Source: Prevotella sp. CAG:279
GTDB taxonomy: Bacteria; Actinomycetota; Coriobacteriia; Coriobacteriales; Eggerthellaceae
DNA: 64,000 nt
Reading direction: 5' to 3'
Assembly: GCA_963633085.1 (NCBI GenBank)
Contig: CAVGWX010000001.1
Span: 425 to 64,424 of the forward strand
Part shown: piece after piece, positions 31,616-41,792 of the stretch
How the letters are laid out: every line of letters begins with the position of its first letter
Numbering within the stretch: position 1 is the stretch's first letter
Program-made: the position numbers and the translations under genes
The notes under the pieces: model-generated
The model's database searches: none
What the model saw: the letters and a program-made list of their open reading frames with translations, nothing else
What the model was told of the DNA's origin: nothing

Positions 31616-32554
31616 ATGACCGATATGCACACTGACAAACACGACGAGGCGGCGCCGGACGAGAGCCTCCCGCACGAACCCGCCTGGCGCGGGAAGAAGA
31701 TCACCCACGCGAACCTGGTGCTCGAAGGCGGGGCGATGCGCGGGCAGTTCACCGCGGGCGTGCTCGACTTCTTCATGGAGCACGAGCTGTTCTGCGACCA
31801 CGTGATCGGCGTTTCCGCCGGCGCGCTGTGCGGCTATTGCTACGTCGCGGGGGATTTGGGACGCACCTGCTTTCTGAACATGAAGTACGCCAACGACCCG
31901 CGCTACCTTTCCATGAAAAGCTTCGTTTCCACCGGCAACGCCTGCGGGCGAGAGTTCGCGTTCCACGAGGTGCCCGAGAAGCTGGAGCCGTTCAACTTCG
32001 ACGCGTACCTGAAATCCCCCATCACCTTGACGGCGGTGTCGAGCGATTTGGAGCTCGGCGAGGCCGACTACCATGACATCCGCGACCTGAGCGAAGAGGG
32101 CGACCTGCCCTACCTGATGGCGTCGTCGTCGATGCCGCTCGTGAGCAAGGTGATCGAGAAGGACGGCAAGAAGCTGCTCGACGGAGGAACCTGCGACAGC
32201 GTGCCCGTCACCTACAGCCGCCTGACGGGCGCGAAAAAGCACATCGTCGTGCTCACGCAGGACGCGACCTGCCGCAAGGCGCCGAACAAGCTCATGCCGA
32301 TCCTGCAGGGTACCTATGCCGACTACCCGCACTACCTTGAGCGGCTGCGCTATCGCCATATCGACTACAACCGCACGTACCGCAACATCGCGCGCCTGGA
32401 AGACGCCGGGGAGATCGTCGTAGTGCGCCCGCAGCGCCCGGTGACCATATCAAGCATGGAGCACGACCAGGACAAGCTGCTCGACCTGTACGCGCAAGGC
32501 TACGAGGAGGCCGCGCGCAGGTGGCCCGCCATCCAGGATTACCTGGCGAAGTAG
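31616..32554 (+). CDS. Patatin-like phospholipase family protein
   Basis: EGGAMRG, GVSAG, DGG. Confidence 0.9.
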   Translation: MTDMHTDKHDEAAPDESLPHEPAWRGKKITHANLVLEGGAMRGQFTAGVLDFFMEHELFCDHVIGVSAGALCGYCYVAGDLGRTCFLNMKYANDPRYLSMKSFVSTGNACGREFAFHEVPEKLEPFNFDAYLKSPITLTAVSSDLELGEADYHDIRDLSEEGDLPYLMASSSMPLVSKVIEKDGKKLLDGGTCDSVPVTYSRLTGAKKHIVVLTQDATCRKAPNKLMPILQGTYADYPHYLERLRYRHIDYNRTYRNIARLEDAGEIVVVRPQRPVTISSMEHDQDKLLDLYAQGYEEAARRWPAIQDYLAK

Positions 32555-32610
32555 GAAGCTTCGTCGAAGCCGGCGGCGAACAACCCGCCCCTCCCAAATG
32601 CCCCGCAAAC

Positions 32611-32645
32611 AAAAGGCTCCCGCAGGAAACCCCGCGGGAGCCTTT
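32611..32645. terminator. Bidirectional terminator between the patatin gene and thrS
   Basis: AAAGGCTCCCGC/GCGGGAGCCTTT. Confidence 0.8.
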
Positions 32646-32667
32646 ATCGGTTGATGAGCTGCAGACG

Positions 32668-34560
32668 CTAGGCGCGCGTGCGCACCTCTTCGAGCACCTT
32701 GGCCGTGAAGTCGGCAACCGTGGAAGGAACGGTCTCGTTGGTGCGGTCGCGCACCGCGATGGTGCCCTCCTGCGCCTCCTTCTCGCCCACGACGATCATG
32801 TAGGGCACGCGGTCGATGCTGCGCGCCTCGCGGATCTTGTAGCCGATCTTCGCATCGCGATCGTCGACGGCCACGCGGATGCCCGCCGCGTCGAGCGCAG
32901 AAGCCACCTCGTGCGCGTAGTCGCGGCTCTTTTCCGACACGCACAGCACCTTGACCTGCGTCGGCGCGAGCCACACGGGGAATTTGCCCGCGTAGTGCTC
33001 GATGAGGATGCCCACGAAGCGCTCGACCGAGCCGAAGCACACGCGATGCAGCATGATCGGGCGCTTGCGCGAACCGTCGGCATCGACGTATTCCAGATCG
33101 AAGTTCTGCGGCATCTGGAAGTCGAGCTGCACGGTGCCGCACTGCCAGGTGCGTCCGAGCGAATCCTCCAGGTGGAAGTCGATCTTCGGGCCATAGAAGG
33201 CGCCGTCGCCCTCGTTGAGCTCATATTCCATGCCGAGCTTCTCGAGCGCGCACTTCAGGCCGCCCTCCGCTGCCGCCCAGTCCTCGTCGGAGCCCATGGA
33301 GTCCTCCGGGCGGGTGGACAGCTCCACATGGTACTTGAAGCCGAACTGCTGGTAGACCGAGTCGATGAGGCGCACGACGCCGATGATCTCGTCAGTGAGC
33401 TGGTCGGGGCGCACGAACAGGTGCGCGTCGTCTTGGTTGAAGCAGCGCACGCGGAACAGGCCGTGCAGCGCGCCGCGCATCTCGTGGCGGTGCACCAGGC
33501 CGATCTCGCCCGCGCGGATGGGTAGGTCGCGGTAGCTGTGCGGCTTGGATGCGTACACGAGCACGCCGCCGGGGCAGTTCATCGGCTTGACGCAGTACTC
33601 TTCCTCGTCGATGGTGGTCGAGTACATGTTGTCCTTGTAGTGGTCCCAGTGGCCGGAGGTCTCCCACAAATGGCGGTTCATGATGAGCGGCGTGGAGATC
33701 TCCACGTAGCCCGCCTTATGATGGATCTCGCGCCAGTAGTCCAGAAGCGTGTTTTTCAGCACCATGCCGGCGGGCAGGAAGAACGGGAAGCCCGGGGCCT
33801 CGTCGCGCATCATGAACAGGTCCATCTCGCGGCCGATCTTGCGATGGTCGCGCTTTTCGGCCTCTTCGAGGTTGTGCAGGTATTCGTCGAGCTCGGCCTT
33901 CTTGAAGAACGCCGTGCCGTAGAGGCGCTGCAGCTGCTCGCGCGAGGCGTCGGCGCGCCAGTAGGCGCCGGCGAGCTTCATCAGTTTAAAGGCGCCGATC
34001 TTGCCGGCGCGGGGAACGTGGGGGCCGGCGCACAGATCGACGAAGGACCCGTGGCGGTAGATGGAGATCTCCCCATCGGTCAGGTCGTCGATGTGCTCGA
34101 GCTTGAACTTCTGATCGGCGAAGATCTCCTTCGCCTCGTCGATGCTGACCACTTCGCGCACGAACGGCTCGTTGCGCTTGATGATCTGCGCCATCTTCTT
34201 CTCGATGGCGGCGAAGTCATCCGAGGAGATGTTCTCGGGAAGCAGGAAATCATAGAAATAGCCGTCGTCGGTGGCAGGACCGAAGGCGATCTGCGTTCCG
34301 GGGTAGAGCTCCTGGACGGCCTCGGCCATGATATGCGCGCAGGAATGGCGCAGGATATGCAGGGCCTCCGGGCTTTTCGCCGTGACGATCTCGACCTGCG
34401 CGCCGTCGGTCACCGGGGCGGTGAGGTCGACCAGGGCGCCATCGATCTTCCCGGCCAAGGCCGCCTTCGCCAAACCGCTACCGATGGAAGCCGCGACGTC
34501 GGCGATGGTGGCGCCGTCGGCAAGGGCCTTTTTCGATCCGTCGGGCAGAACGATTTCCAT
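32668..34560 (-). CDS. thrS: Threonine--tRNA ligase
   Basis: TGS domain, HSCAH, DLCAGPH, RDHRKIG, KPMNCP, FYGPKID. Confidence 0.98.
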   Translation of the reverse strand: MEIVLPDGSKKALADGATIADVAASIGSGLAKAALAGKIDGALVDLTAPVTDGAQVEIVTAKSPEALHILRHSCAHIMAEAVQELYPGTQIAFGPATDDGYFYDFLLPENISSDDFAAIEKKMAQIIKRNEPFVREVVSIDEAKEIFADQKFKLEHIDDLTDGEISIYRHGSFVDLCAGPHVPRAGKIGAFKLMKLAGAYWRADASREQLQRLYGTAFFKKAELDEYLHNLEEAEKRDHRKIGREMDLFMMRDEAPGFPFFLPAGMVLKNTLLDYWREIHHKAGYVEISTPLIMNRHLWETSGHWDHYKDNMYSTTIDEEEYCVKPMNCPGGVLVYASKPHSYRDLPIRAGEIGLVHRHEMRGALHGLFRVRCFNQDDAHLFVRPDQLTDEIIGVVRLIDSVYQQFGFKYHVELSTRPEDSMGSDEDWAAAEGGLKCALEKLGMEYELNEGDGAFYGPKIDFHLEDSLGRTWQCGTVQLDFQMPQNFDLEYVDADGSRKRPIMLHRVCFGSVERFVGILIEHYAGKFPVWLAPTQVKVLCVSEKSRDYAHEVASALDAAGIRVAVDDRDAKIGYKIREARSIDRVPYMIVVGEKEAQEGTIAVRDRTNETVPSTVADFTAKVLEEVRTRA

Positions 34561-34742
34561 GATTCGGTTCCTTTCCTTTTGCAGAGCAACCTAAACCGAC
34601 AGGCTTAAAGCCCGCCGGCGGTTAAAGATTTTCCCATGCTACCTCATTGTCGCCGGCGCGTCGAACGCGCAGGCCCAGATGCGCACAGCATCGCCACGGC
34701 ACCCTGCATGAGCCGGGTGCGGCGCGCGCTCGCGCAAGGCCT

Positions 34743-35225
34743 TTAGGCTTCGGAGAACTTCCGCTTCAGCGCGGCGTTGACGCACTCGGGGACGAACTGC
34801 TCCACGTCGCCGCCCATCGAGGAGATCTCGCGCACGATGGAGCTGGACAGGTACATGTGCTGCGGCAGCGACATGATGAACAGCGTTTCCAGCTCGGGGG
34901 AAAGCTGGTAGTTCATGGCCGTCATCTGGAACTCGTACTCGAAGTCGGTGATGGCGCGCAGGCCCTTGACCACCGCGGTGGCGTCCATCTTCTTCGCGAA
35001 GTCGACCAAAAGCCCCTCGAAGGGCTCGACGCGCACGTTGGGCAGGTGCGCCGTCGCCTGGCGGACAAGCTCCACGCGCTCCTCGAGGTCGAAGAGCGGT
35101 TTTTTCTTGGCCGAAACGGCCACGGCGACGATGACCTCGTCGACGAGCTGGCTTGCTCGGGTGATGACATCAAGGTGCCCGCTGGTGATGGGGTCGAACG
35201 TTCCGGGCGTCAATGCTCGCTTCAT
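34743..35225 (-). CDS. coaD: Pantetheine-phosphate adenylyltransferase
   Basis: PGTFDPITSGH, KGLRAITDFEYE, LSSSIVRE. Confidence 0.97.
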   Translation of the reverse strand: MKRALTPGTFDPITSGHLDVITRASQLVDEVIVAVAVSAKKKPLFDLEERVELVRQATAHLPNVRVEPFEGLLVDFAKKMDATAVVKGLRAITDFEYEFQMTAMNYQLSPELETLFIMSLPQHMYLSSSIVREISSMGGDVEQFVPECVNAALKRKFSEA

Positions 35226-35298
35226 TTGAAAGGCTCCAAAGGTTTCTCGTGGTTCGTTTCGCATCGCAGGTCCGCGCGATGCGCCAGGGCGCGCCCGC

Positions 35299-35877
35299 CT
35301 AGCAGCTGGCGCGATACACGTCTACGGTAGTATCGCCGTACTTCTTGCGCTGCGCAAGGCAGAATCCGGCTTGCGCGGCGACAAGCGAGCAGGCGTCGTC
35401 GTCAGCGGTCGCGTGCTCGTAGACGATGATCGCATCGGCGGAAACGACGCCGGCGTCGCGCGCGGCCTTGATCATGCCGAGCACGTCCGCCGCGGAATAG
35501 GCGTACGGCGGGTCGAGGAAGACCAGGTCGAACGCGGGACGCGAAAAACGCGGCGGGCGTTCCATGACGTCGGCGCGCATAAGCGTGGCGCGGCGCGCGT
35601 CGAGGCCGAGCTTGGCCGCGTTCGCGCTGAGCACCTTGTGAGCGGCCGCATCCTTTTCGTAGAGCACCGCGCGGGCGGCCCCGCGCGAAAGCGCCTCGAA
35701 GCCCAGCGCGCCGCTTCCCGCGAACGCGTCGAGCACCATGGCGTCCTCAAAGCCCCCGCGCGCGCTGAACACGCAGCTCATGATGGACTCGCGCACCCGG
35801 TCGGTCGTCGGGCGCGTGCCCTGCCCCTGCGGGCATGCGAGCGTGCGGCCTTTCAGGTCGCCGGCTATGATCCTCAT
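35299..35877 (-). CDS. rsmD: 16S rRNA (guanine966-N2) methyltransferase
   Basis: MRIIAG, RPTTDRVRES, AGSGALGFEALSRGA, DPPY. Confidence 0.95.
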   Translation of the reverse strand: MRIIAGDLKGRTLACPQGQGTRPTTDRVRESIMSCVFSARGGFEDAMVLDAFAGSGALGFEALSRGAARAVLYEKDAAAHKVLSANAAKLGLDARRATLMRADVMERPPRFSRPAFDLVFLDPPYAYSAADVLGMIKAARDAGVVSADAIIVYEHATADDDACSLVAAQAGFCLAQRKKYGDTTVDVYRASC

Positions 35878-38054
35878 GCTTTCTTCCTTTCCGTATGAGA
35901 CGATGGCGCGAAGGTGCGCGCCGCCTCGAGGGCGAGCGCGCGGTGCTGCGGCTCTTGAAGGTTCGGGTCCTCCCGCATGATGGCGGCGGCATCGGCGTGC
36001 GCGGCCTCGATGATGGCCGCATCGCGTACCACGTTCACGAGCTTCAGCGCGCTCGCCCCGTGCTGGCGATTGCCGAGGATGTCTCCTTCGCGCCGCAGCG
36101 ACAAATCGTATTTCGCCAGCTCGAACCCATCGTCGGTGCGCTCCATCGCGCCAAGACGCGCGAGCGACGACTCGCTTTTCGATGCCGAGATAAGGTGCAC
36201 CTGCGCATCCTTGCCGCCGCGCCCCACGCGCCCGCGCAGCTGATGGAGCTGCGAAAGCCCGAAGCGATCGGCGTCCTGGACGATCATGACGGTGGCGTTC
36301 GGCACGTCAACGCCCACCTCGATCACCGTCGTCGCCACGAGCACCTGCACCTCCCCGGCGCGAAAGCGCTCCATGACGTCGTGCTTCTCGTCGGCTTTCA
36401 TGCGCCCGTGCAAAAGCTCCACGCTCCAATCGGCGAACACGGTTTGCTGCAGATAGGACGCCTCGGTGGCCGCCGCCGTGATGTTGTCGTCGATAAAGTC
36501 ATCGTCGCCCTCGATGCTGATGGCGGCGTACTCGTAGGCCTCCTCGTCAACGGCACGGCCGCGCACGGCCTTGGCGTCGCGCGCCTGCGCGTCCTGGCCG
36601 ATGAGCGGGCACACCACGTACACCTGCTCGCCGCGCGCGAGCGCCTGGCGCGCGGCGTCGTAGGCCGCGCCCTGGTCGGCCTTCGCGTGGACGAACGTTT
36701 CCCTGCGCGCTTGGGCGCAGGGGCGCTGCCTGAGGTAGGACAGGGTCATGTCGCCGTAGATGGCAAGCGCCAGCGTGCGCGGGATGGGCGTCGCCGTCAG
36801 GTACAGCGCATCGGGTGCGGCGCCTTTGGCCAGAAGGCCGGCGCGCTGCTCGACGCCGAAGCGCTGCTGCTCGTCCACAACGACGAGCGTGAGGTTTTCA
36901 AAGGCGACGTCGTCTTCCAGGACGGCATGGGTGCCGATGAGCACCGTGACGCTGCCGCCCGCAACGCCCTCGATGATTTGTTGGCGCTCCGCGGCGCTCA
37001 CCGAGGCGCTCAGGTAAGCCCATGCGATGCCCACCTGGTCGAAGAGCGCGCCGAGCTTATCGGCGTGCTGGCGGGCCAGAACCTCGGTCGGGGCCAGGAG
37101 AACCGCTTGCGTCGCGCTGTCGGCGCAGGCGGCAAGCGCGAAGGCGGCCACGGCGGTTTTGCCCGTGCCGACGTCGCCGAGCAGCATGTGGTTCATGCGA
37201 TGCGGCGACGCCATGGCGCAAAGGATGTCCTCACGAGCGCGGGCCTGCTCGTCGGTCAGGGAAAACGGCATCGCCTGCTCGAGCGCCGCCACGCAGATGC
37301 CGTCCGTGACGTGCTCGACCGGACGAGCCCCCTCGCCTGCGCGCGCGGCCTGGCCCATCAAGGTGAGCTCGAGCAGCAGCACCTCTTCGTAGGCCAGCCG
37401 GCGGCGCGCCTCGGCCGCCTCCGCCATGCTCTCGGGGAAATGGATGCAGGAAAGGGCGCGCCCGCGCGACATCAGGCGGTACTTCGCGCGCAGCTCCAAA
37501 GGAAGGGGGTCGAGGGCGCCGCCGATGTGGATCAGGGCGTTCGACACGAGGCGCCGCATCCATGCGACCGATATCTTCTCGCAGGCCGGATGGACGGGAA
37601 TCACCATGCCGGCTGCTGCGTCGTCGCCGTCGAGAACCTCGAGATAAGGGTTGACCATGCGCTTGAAGCCGTAATTGAACTCCACCTTGCCGGCGACGGC
37701 GATGCGCGATCCGACCGAGAGCTGGTCGGCGAGCCACGGCTGGCGGAAGCAGGTGATCATGAGCACGCCCGTTTCGTCGACGAGCGAGATTTCCACGAGG
37801 GGAAGATGCGGTTTGGGGCGCTTGAGCTTGACCTCGTGCACCAAGCCTTGCACGGTGCACGACTGGCCGATGCGCGCCGCAGCGACGCTCGTTTTCACGG
37901 ACAGGTCGATGTAGCGGCGCGGAAAATGCGTGACCAGGTCGCGCACGCTATGAATGCCCAGTCCCGCCAGCGCGCTTGCGCGGGCGGGACTGACCAACTT
38001 CACCCGCGATACGGGTTCGTCAAGAGCCAATGTTGCCGAAAGCCTATCCGGCAT
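35874..38054 (-). CDS. recG: ATP-dependent DNA helicase RecG
   Basis: GDVGTGKT, DEQQRFG, TATPIPRT, QLHQLRGRVGRG. Confidence 0.96.
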   Translation of the reverse strand: MPDRLSATLALDEPVSRVKLVSPARASALAGLGIHSVRDLVTHFPRRYIDLSVKTSVAAARIGQSCTVQGLVHEVKLKRPKPHLPLVEISLVDETGVLMITCFRQPWLADQLSVGSRIAVAGKVEFNYGFKRMVNPYLEVLDGDDAAAGMVIPVHPACEKISVAWMRRLVSNALIHIGGALDPLPLELRAKYRLMSRGRALSCIHFPESMAEAAEARRRLAYEEVLLLELTLMGQAARAGEGARPVEHVTDGICVAALEQAMPFSLTDEQARAREDILCAMASPHRMNHMLLGDVGTGKTAVAAFALAACADSATQAVLLAPTEVLARQHADKLGALFDQVGIAWAYLSASVSAAERQQIIEGVAGGSVTVLIGTHAVLEDDVAFENLTLVVVDEQQRFGVEQRAGLLAKGAAPDALYLTATPIPRTLALAIYGDMTLSYLRQRPCAQARRETFVHAKADQGAAYDAARQALARGEQVYVVCPLIGQDAQARDAKAVRGRAVDEEAYEYAAISIEGDDDFIDDNITAAATEASYLQQTVFADWSVELLHGRMKADEKHDVMERFRAGEVQVLVATTVIEVGVDVPNATVMIVQDADRFGLSQLHQLRGRVGRGGKDAQVHLISASKSESSLARLGAMERTDDGFELAKYDLSLRREGDILGNRQHGASALKLVNVVRDAAIIEAAHADAAAIMREDPNLQEPQHRALALEAARTFAPSSHTERKKA

Positions 38055-38059
38055 GAAGG

Positions 38060-39691
38060 CTACTCCACGGAGAAGATAATCGGATACAGGGGCTGATCGC
38101 CGCGATGCGCGTCGATCTCAAGATCCTCGTAGGCCTCTTCGATGCGGGCCTGCAGCGCCTCGAAGTCGGCGTCGGACATATCCTTGCCGGCGAGCAGCGT
38201 GCAGGTGTCGGCGTCGTCGGCGTCCATGTTCTCGAGCAGGGACATGACCACGTCCGAGATGCTCTCGCCGACCGACAGGATGGCGCCGTCGGAAATGCCG
38301 ATGACGTCGCCGTCCTTGATGGGGTTGCCCTTGACGTCCTTGGAGTCCTTGATGGCGGTGGTGACCTCGCCGCACTTCACGTCCTCGAACGCCTCGGTCA
38401 TCGACTCGACGTTCTCCTCAAGAGACGCATCCGCATCGACGCCGAACATGGCGGCGAACGCCTGCGGGACCGCCTTGGTGGGAACGACGCCGCACGGGAA
38501 ATCGGCAAGTTCGCATGCCGTCTGCGCGGCCATGATGATGTTCTTGTTGTTCGGCAGGAAGATGACGGCGTCGGCGTTGACCTTCGACGCCGCGTCGAGC
38601 AGGTCCTTCGTGGAGGGGTTCATCGTCTGGCCGCCGGAAACGACGACGTCGACGCCGAGCGATTCCAGAATCTTCGCGTTGCCCGCGCCGGCGGCGACGG
38701 CGACGAAGCCGAGCGGCTTGCGCTCGGCGGCCGCCTCTGCCTCGAGCTTTTCGGTGCGCTCGGCCGACTGCAGCTTCATGTTGTGGATGAACACCTCGGA
38801 AATCTGCCCGCGCTCCAGGAAGTACGCGAGCACCTTGTCCGGCGTGTTGGAGTGCACGTGCACCTTGAACTTCGGGTTCTCGCCGACGCACAGCTCGCAG
38901 TCGCCCATGGTGGACAGGAAGTCGAGCGCCTCGCTGCGGTCGAGCACGTCGGAATCGACGAGGAATTCGTTGCAGTACGTGTAGGTGCTGCCCTCCCAGT
39001 CGTTGATCTGCTCGATCTCCACCTTCGGGGCGGCTTCGCGCGCGAACGCCAGCTCGTCGACGAGCGGGCCTTCCTTGCCCGTGAGGGCCGCGACGAACGC
39101 GTCGATCAAGATGGCCAGGCCGTAGCCGCCGGAGTCGACCACGCCGTGCTCTTTAAGGACGGGCAGCAGCTCGGGGGTGCGCTGCACCGAGGCGTAGGCC
39201 TCCTCGACCACGTAGGCGAGCGCGTCGTCGGCGCCCATCTTCTTCTTGCGCGCGTGCTTGGCAGCAGCGGCGGCGTCTTTGAGCACGGTGAGGATGGTGC
39301 CCTCGACCGGCTTGCGCACGGCGTGGAAAGCGACTTCTTGCGACTTCGCGAGCGCCGCTTCGATGGCCGAGGCGTCGAGCACCTCATGGCCGACGCTGCC
39401 TTCGCACAGTCCGCGCAGGATCTGAGAGGTGATGACGCCGGAATTGCCGCGCGCGCCCATGAGCGCGCCGGTGGTGATGGCCTTGCGGATGTCGGCCCCC
39501 TCGGCGCCGATGGGCAGCTTGGCCAGGCTTGCAACGACCGATTCCACCGTCAGCGACATGTTGGTGCCGGTGTCTCCGTCGGGAACGGGGAACACGTTGA
39601 GGCGATTGACTTCCCCGGCACGGTCGCTCAGGTTGCGACTGGCGGCCGCAATAGCGTTGATCAGGTCGTTTGCACTGTATTGTTCAGACAT
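38060..39691 (-). CDS. DAK2-domain fatty acid kinase subunit (FakA/YloV family)
   Basis: LNVFPVPDGDTGTNM, GARGNSG, VVDSGG, GGQTMNPS. Confidence 0.93.
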   Translation of the reverse strand: MSEQYSANDLINAIAAASRNLSDRAGEVNRLNVFPVPDGDTGTNMSLTVESVVASLAKLPIGAEGADIRKAITTGALMGARGNSGVITSQILRGLCEGSVGHEVLDASAIEAALAKSQEVAFHAVRKPVEGTILTVLKDAAAAAKHARKKKMGADDALAYVVEEAYASVQRTPELLPVLKEHGVVDSGGYGLAILIDAFVAALTGKEGPLVDELAFAREAAPKVEIEQINDWEGSTYTYCNEFLVDSDVLDRSEALDFLSTMGDCELCVGENPKFKVHVHSNTPDKVLAYFLERGQISEVFIHNMKLQSAERTEKLEAEAAAERKPLGFVAVAAGAGNAKILESLGVDVVVSGGQTMNPSTKDLLDAASKVNADAVIFLPNNKNIIMAAQTACELADFPCGVVPTKAVPQAFAAMFGVDADASLEENVESMTEAFEDVKCGEVTTAIKDSKDVKGNPIKDGDVIGISDGAILSVGESISDVVMSLLENMDADDADTCTLLAGKDMSDADFEALQARIEEAYEDLEIDAHRGDQPLYPIIFSVE

Positions 39692-39745
39692 GGATAGAAG
39701 GCTCCTTCGGATGAAATGAATAGCGCGCAGGTGAGCGGGTGCGAG

Positions 39746-40093
39746 TTATTTGCGGACCTTGACGCCCTGCACGTGCACTTCCACCCCGTCGAGCGGTACG
39801 CGCGCATATTCCTTCAGCACGAAGCTGACCTGGTCGACCAGGTTCTGCGACACCGTGTTGATGTTGGTGCCGTATTCGATGACGACGTAGAGCGCCACGT
39901 GCACGCCCGCATCGGTGGCGCTGACCGTCACGCCGCGGCGCAGGCGGCTGGCGGGCAGGATCTTCGCGATGCCGTCTGCGGCGGAAGGTGCCGCCATGCC
40001 GACGACGCCGTAGCACTCGAGTGCGGCGCTGCCGACCATGTCGGCGAGAACATCGTTGGCAACATGCAGGTTGCCGGGAATGGCTTCAGTCAT
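39746..40093 (-). CDS. Asp23/Gls24 family protein (YloU-like)
   Basis: ECYGVVGMA; conserved rpmB / yloU-yloV-recG gene order. Confidence 0.9.
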   Translation of the reverse strand: MTEAIPGNLHVANDVLADMVGSAALECYGVVGMAAPSAADGIAKILPASRLRRGVTVSATDAGVHVALYVVIEYGTNINTVSQNLVDQVSFVLKEYARVPLDGVEVHVQGVKVRK

Positions 40094-40319
40094 GGCGTTC
40101 CTTTCTTGCGCGGTACGCAAACGCGTTTACGTGTAACGTATGAACTGAGAGTATACCCCATGCGCGCGAACGGCCGCTTCGCTAGGCCGTGGAGCCTTGG
40201 GCATCCTACACGAAAAATTCTTGTACGAGCTTGGTTTCATGTGCTATAGTGGGAGGGCTTTTGTGCAAGAGCGGCGAAAACGCCGATGCATGCAACCTAG
40301 GTACATGGAGTGATGAGTA

Positions 40320-40511
40320 ATGTCTAAGATTTGCGAAGTTTGCGGTAAGGCTCCCGTCGCTGGGCGCAGCGTCAGCCACTCTCACCGCGTGACGAACCGT
40401 TGGTTCCGTCCGAACATCCAGAAGGTGACCATCAAGGACAGCAAGGGTCGCGTCCGCAAGGCCAACATCTGCACGAAGTGCCTGAAGGCCGGCAAGGTCA
40501 CCCGCGCATAG
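40320..40511 (+). CDS. rpmB: 50S ribosomal protein L28 (Zn-ribbon form)
   Basis: [29 protein letters not shown]. Confidence 0.97.
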   Translation: MSKICEVCGKAPVAGRSVSHSHRVTNRWFRPNIQKVTIKDSKGRVRKANICTKCLKAGKVTRA

Positions 40512-40530
40512 CGCACGACCTCCCATAGAC

Positions 40531-40576
40531 TCAATCGAGAAGGCCCGCCTTGTATGAGGCGGGCCTTCTCGATTGA
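40531..40576. terminator. Long hairpin after rpmB
   Basis: TCAATCGAGAAGGCCCGCCT/AGGCGGGCCTTCTCGATTGA. Confidence 0.7.
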
Positions 40577-40635
40577 TGAGGGCAGATTACGTTGGGAACG
40601 GCGTTTTGAAAGCGCGCTTGGCAGCGCGCAAGGCA

Positions 40636-40935
40636 GTGAGCGCCTTCGGCGCACTAGTTATGGTCGAGCTGTCGCTCGACCCTACGAATTCTTGATGTCA
40701 GATCGACTCTCTCATCAGGGGTGGTAGTGTCGCGTAACTGTATTTCGGCGCGAGCGAAAGCTCGCGCATCAAAAGACCAGCGTCCGCAGGGCGCGTCACT
40801 TCTGCGCAAGGCATCGCCAACTCCCTCTAGCTACCAGATAGGCTCTCCCGTCAGGTGCTTTGCGCACGTACGTTTTTCGTGGGCGCGAGCGACAGCTCGC
40901 GCATCAATAGAACAGCGTCCGAAGGTGCGCGTCAC
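40636..40935. repeat. REP-like cluster (doublet plus an extra right arm)
   Basis: GGTCGAGCTGTCGCTCGACC-CTAC at ~40662; GCGCGAGCGAAAGCTCGCGC at ~40748; GTGG-GCGCGAGCGACAGCTCGCGC at ~40879. Confidence 0.75.
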
Positions 40936-41002
40936 CGATTTCCGCTGGCCGGCAAAACGCCCTCATCGTGGCATCGGCACCGACCACAGCTTCGAAAATC
41001 CC

Positions 41003-41728
41003 CTACTGCGCTGACAGCACGAGCATGCGGCCGCAGTTGGGGCAGGAGCCGACGTTGCCGTCCCTGCGCATGTCGGCCACGCGGCCGTGATCGACCGCGG
41101 CTCGGCAGGCTCCGCACTTGTCTTCGGCCAGAAGCGCCATCGGAACGCCGCCCGTTGCCCGGGCGGTGCGCTCGTAGGTGCGCAGCGCCTCGGCGTCCAC
41201 CTCGGCGGACAGCTGCGCGCGCTCGGCCTCAAGGGAGGCGATGCGCGCCTTGAGCTTTCCGCCCTTATCGACGAAGACCTTGGTGGCCGCCGCCTCGGCA
41301 TCGGCAAGCTTCTGGGAGGCCGCCTCGATCTGCGCCTGCACGCCGCGCACCTTCTCCACCTCACCGTCGGCCGCGCGCATCTCCCCTTCAAGCATCTCGC
41401 GGCGCTTCGAGATGCCGGAAAGCTCCTTCGTGCGCGACTGCACGCTGCGGAAGTCGCCTTTCACCTCGTCGATTTCCGCCTGGATTTTCGCCTGGCGCTC
41501 GACAAGGCCGTCGTCTTCCTCGACGAGCTTGGCCAATTTGGCCTCGGCCTTGGAAAGCAGCGCCGCAACCTGCTCGGCCTTTTCGGCAACTGAGCGCTGC
41601 TTCACGCGCGACTCGAGAATGGCCTTGCGCTCAGGCATGCCCTCGAGTTCTTTGTTCGTGCGGATAACCTGCATATCGAGCTCCTGCATGTGCAGGAGCG
41701 TCGCCACATCCTGAGGATCGATTCGCAT
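41003..41728 (-). CDS. Coiled-coil protein with C-terminal C4 zinc ribbon
   Basis: LQELD-like start, long coiled coil, CGAC...CPNCGR; usual neighbour of Nif3. Confidence 0.88.
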   Translation of the reverse strand: MRIDPQDVATLLHMQELDMQVIRTNKELEGMPERKAILESRVKQRSVAEKAEQVAALLSKAEAKLAKLVEEDDGLVERQAKIQAEIDEVKGDFRSVQSRTKELSGISKRREMLEGEMRAADGEVEKVRGVQAQIEAASQKLADAEAAATKVFVDKGGKLKARIASLEAERAQLSAEVDAEALRTYERTARATGGVPMALLAEDKCGACRAAVDHGRVADMRRDGNVGSCPNCGRMLVLSAQ

Positions 41729-41792
41729 AGCGCACACCCTTCATCCTTGTCGCCAAAGCGGCGAGACTTGCGACCAGTTGAACTTAGAACAA

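Noticed and set aside
34561..34742. T-box upstream of thrS
   Set aside because: No AGUA/AGAGA/GGUG Stem I marks, no UGGN bulge and no terminator were found.
40577..41002. RNase P RNA (often found after Nif3/zinc-ribbon genes)
   Set aside because: No GAGGAAAGUCC signature on either strand; the region is explained by REP copies.
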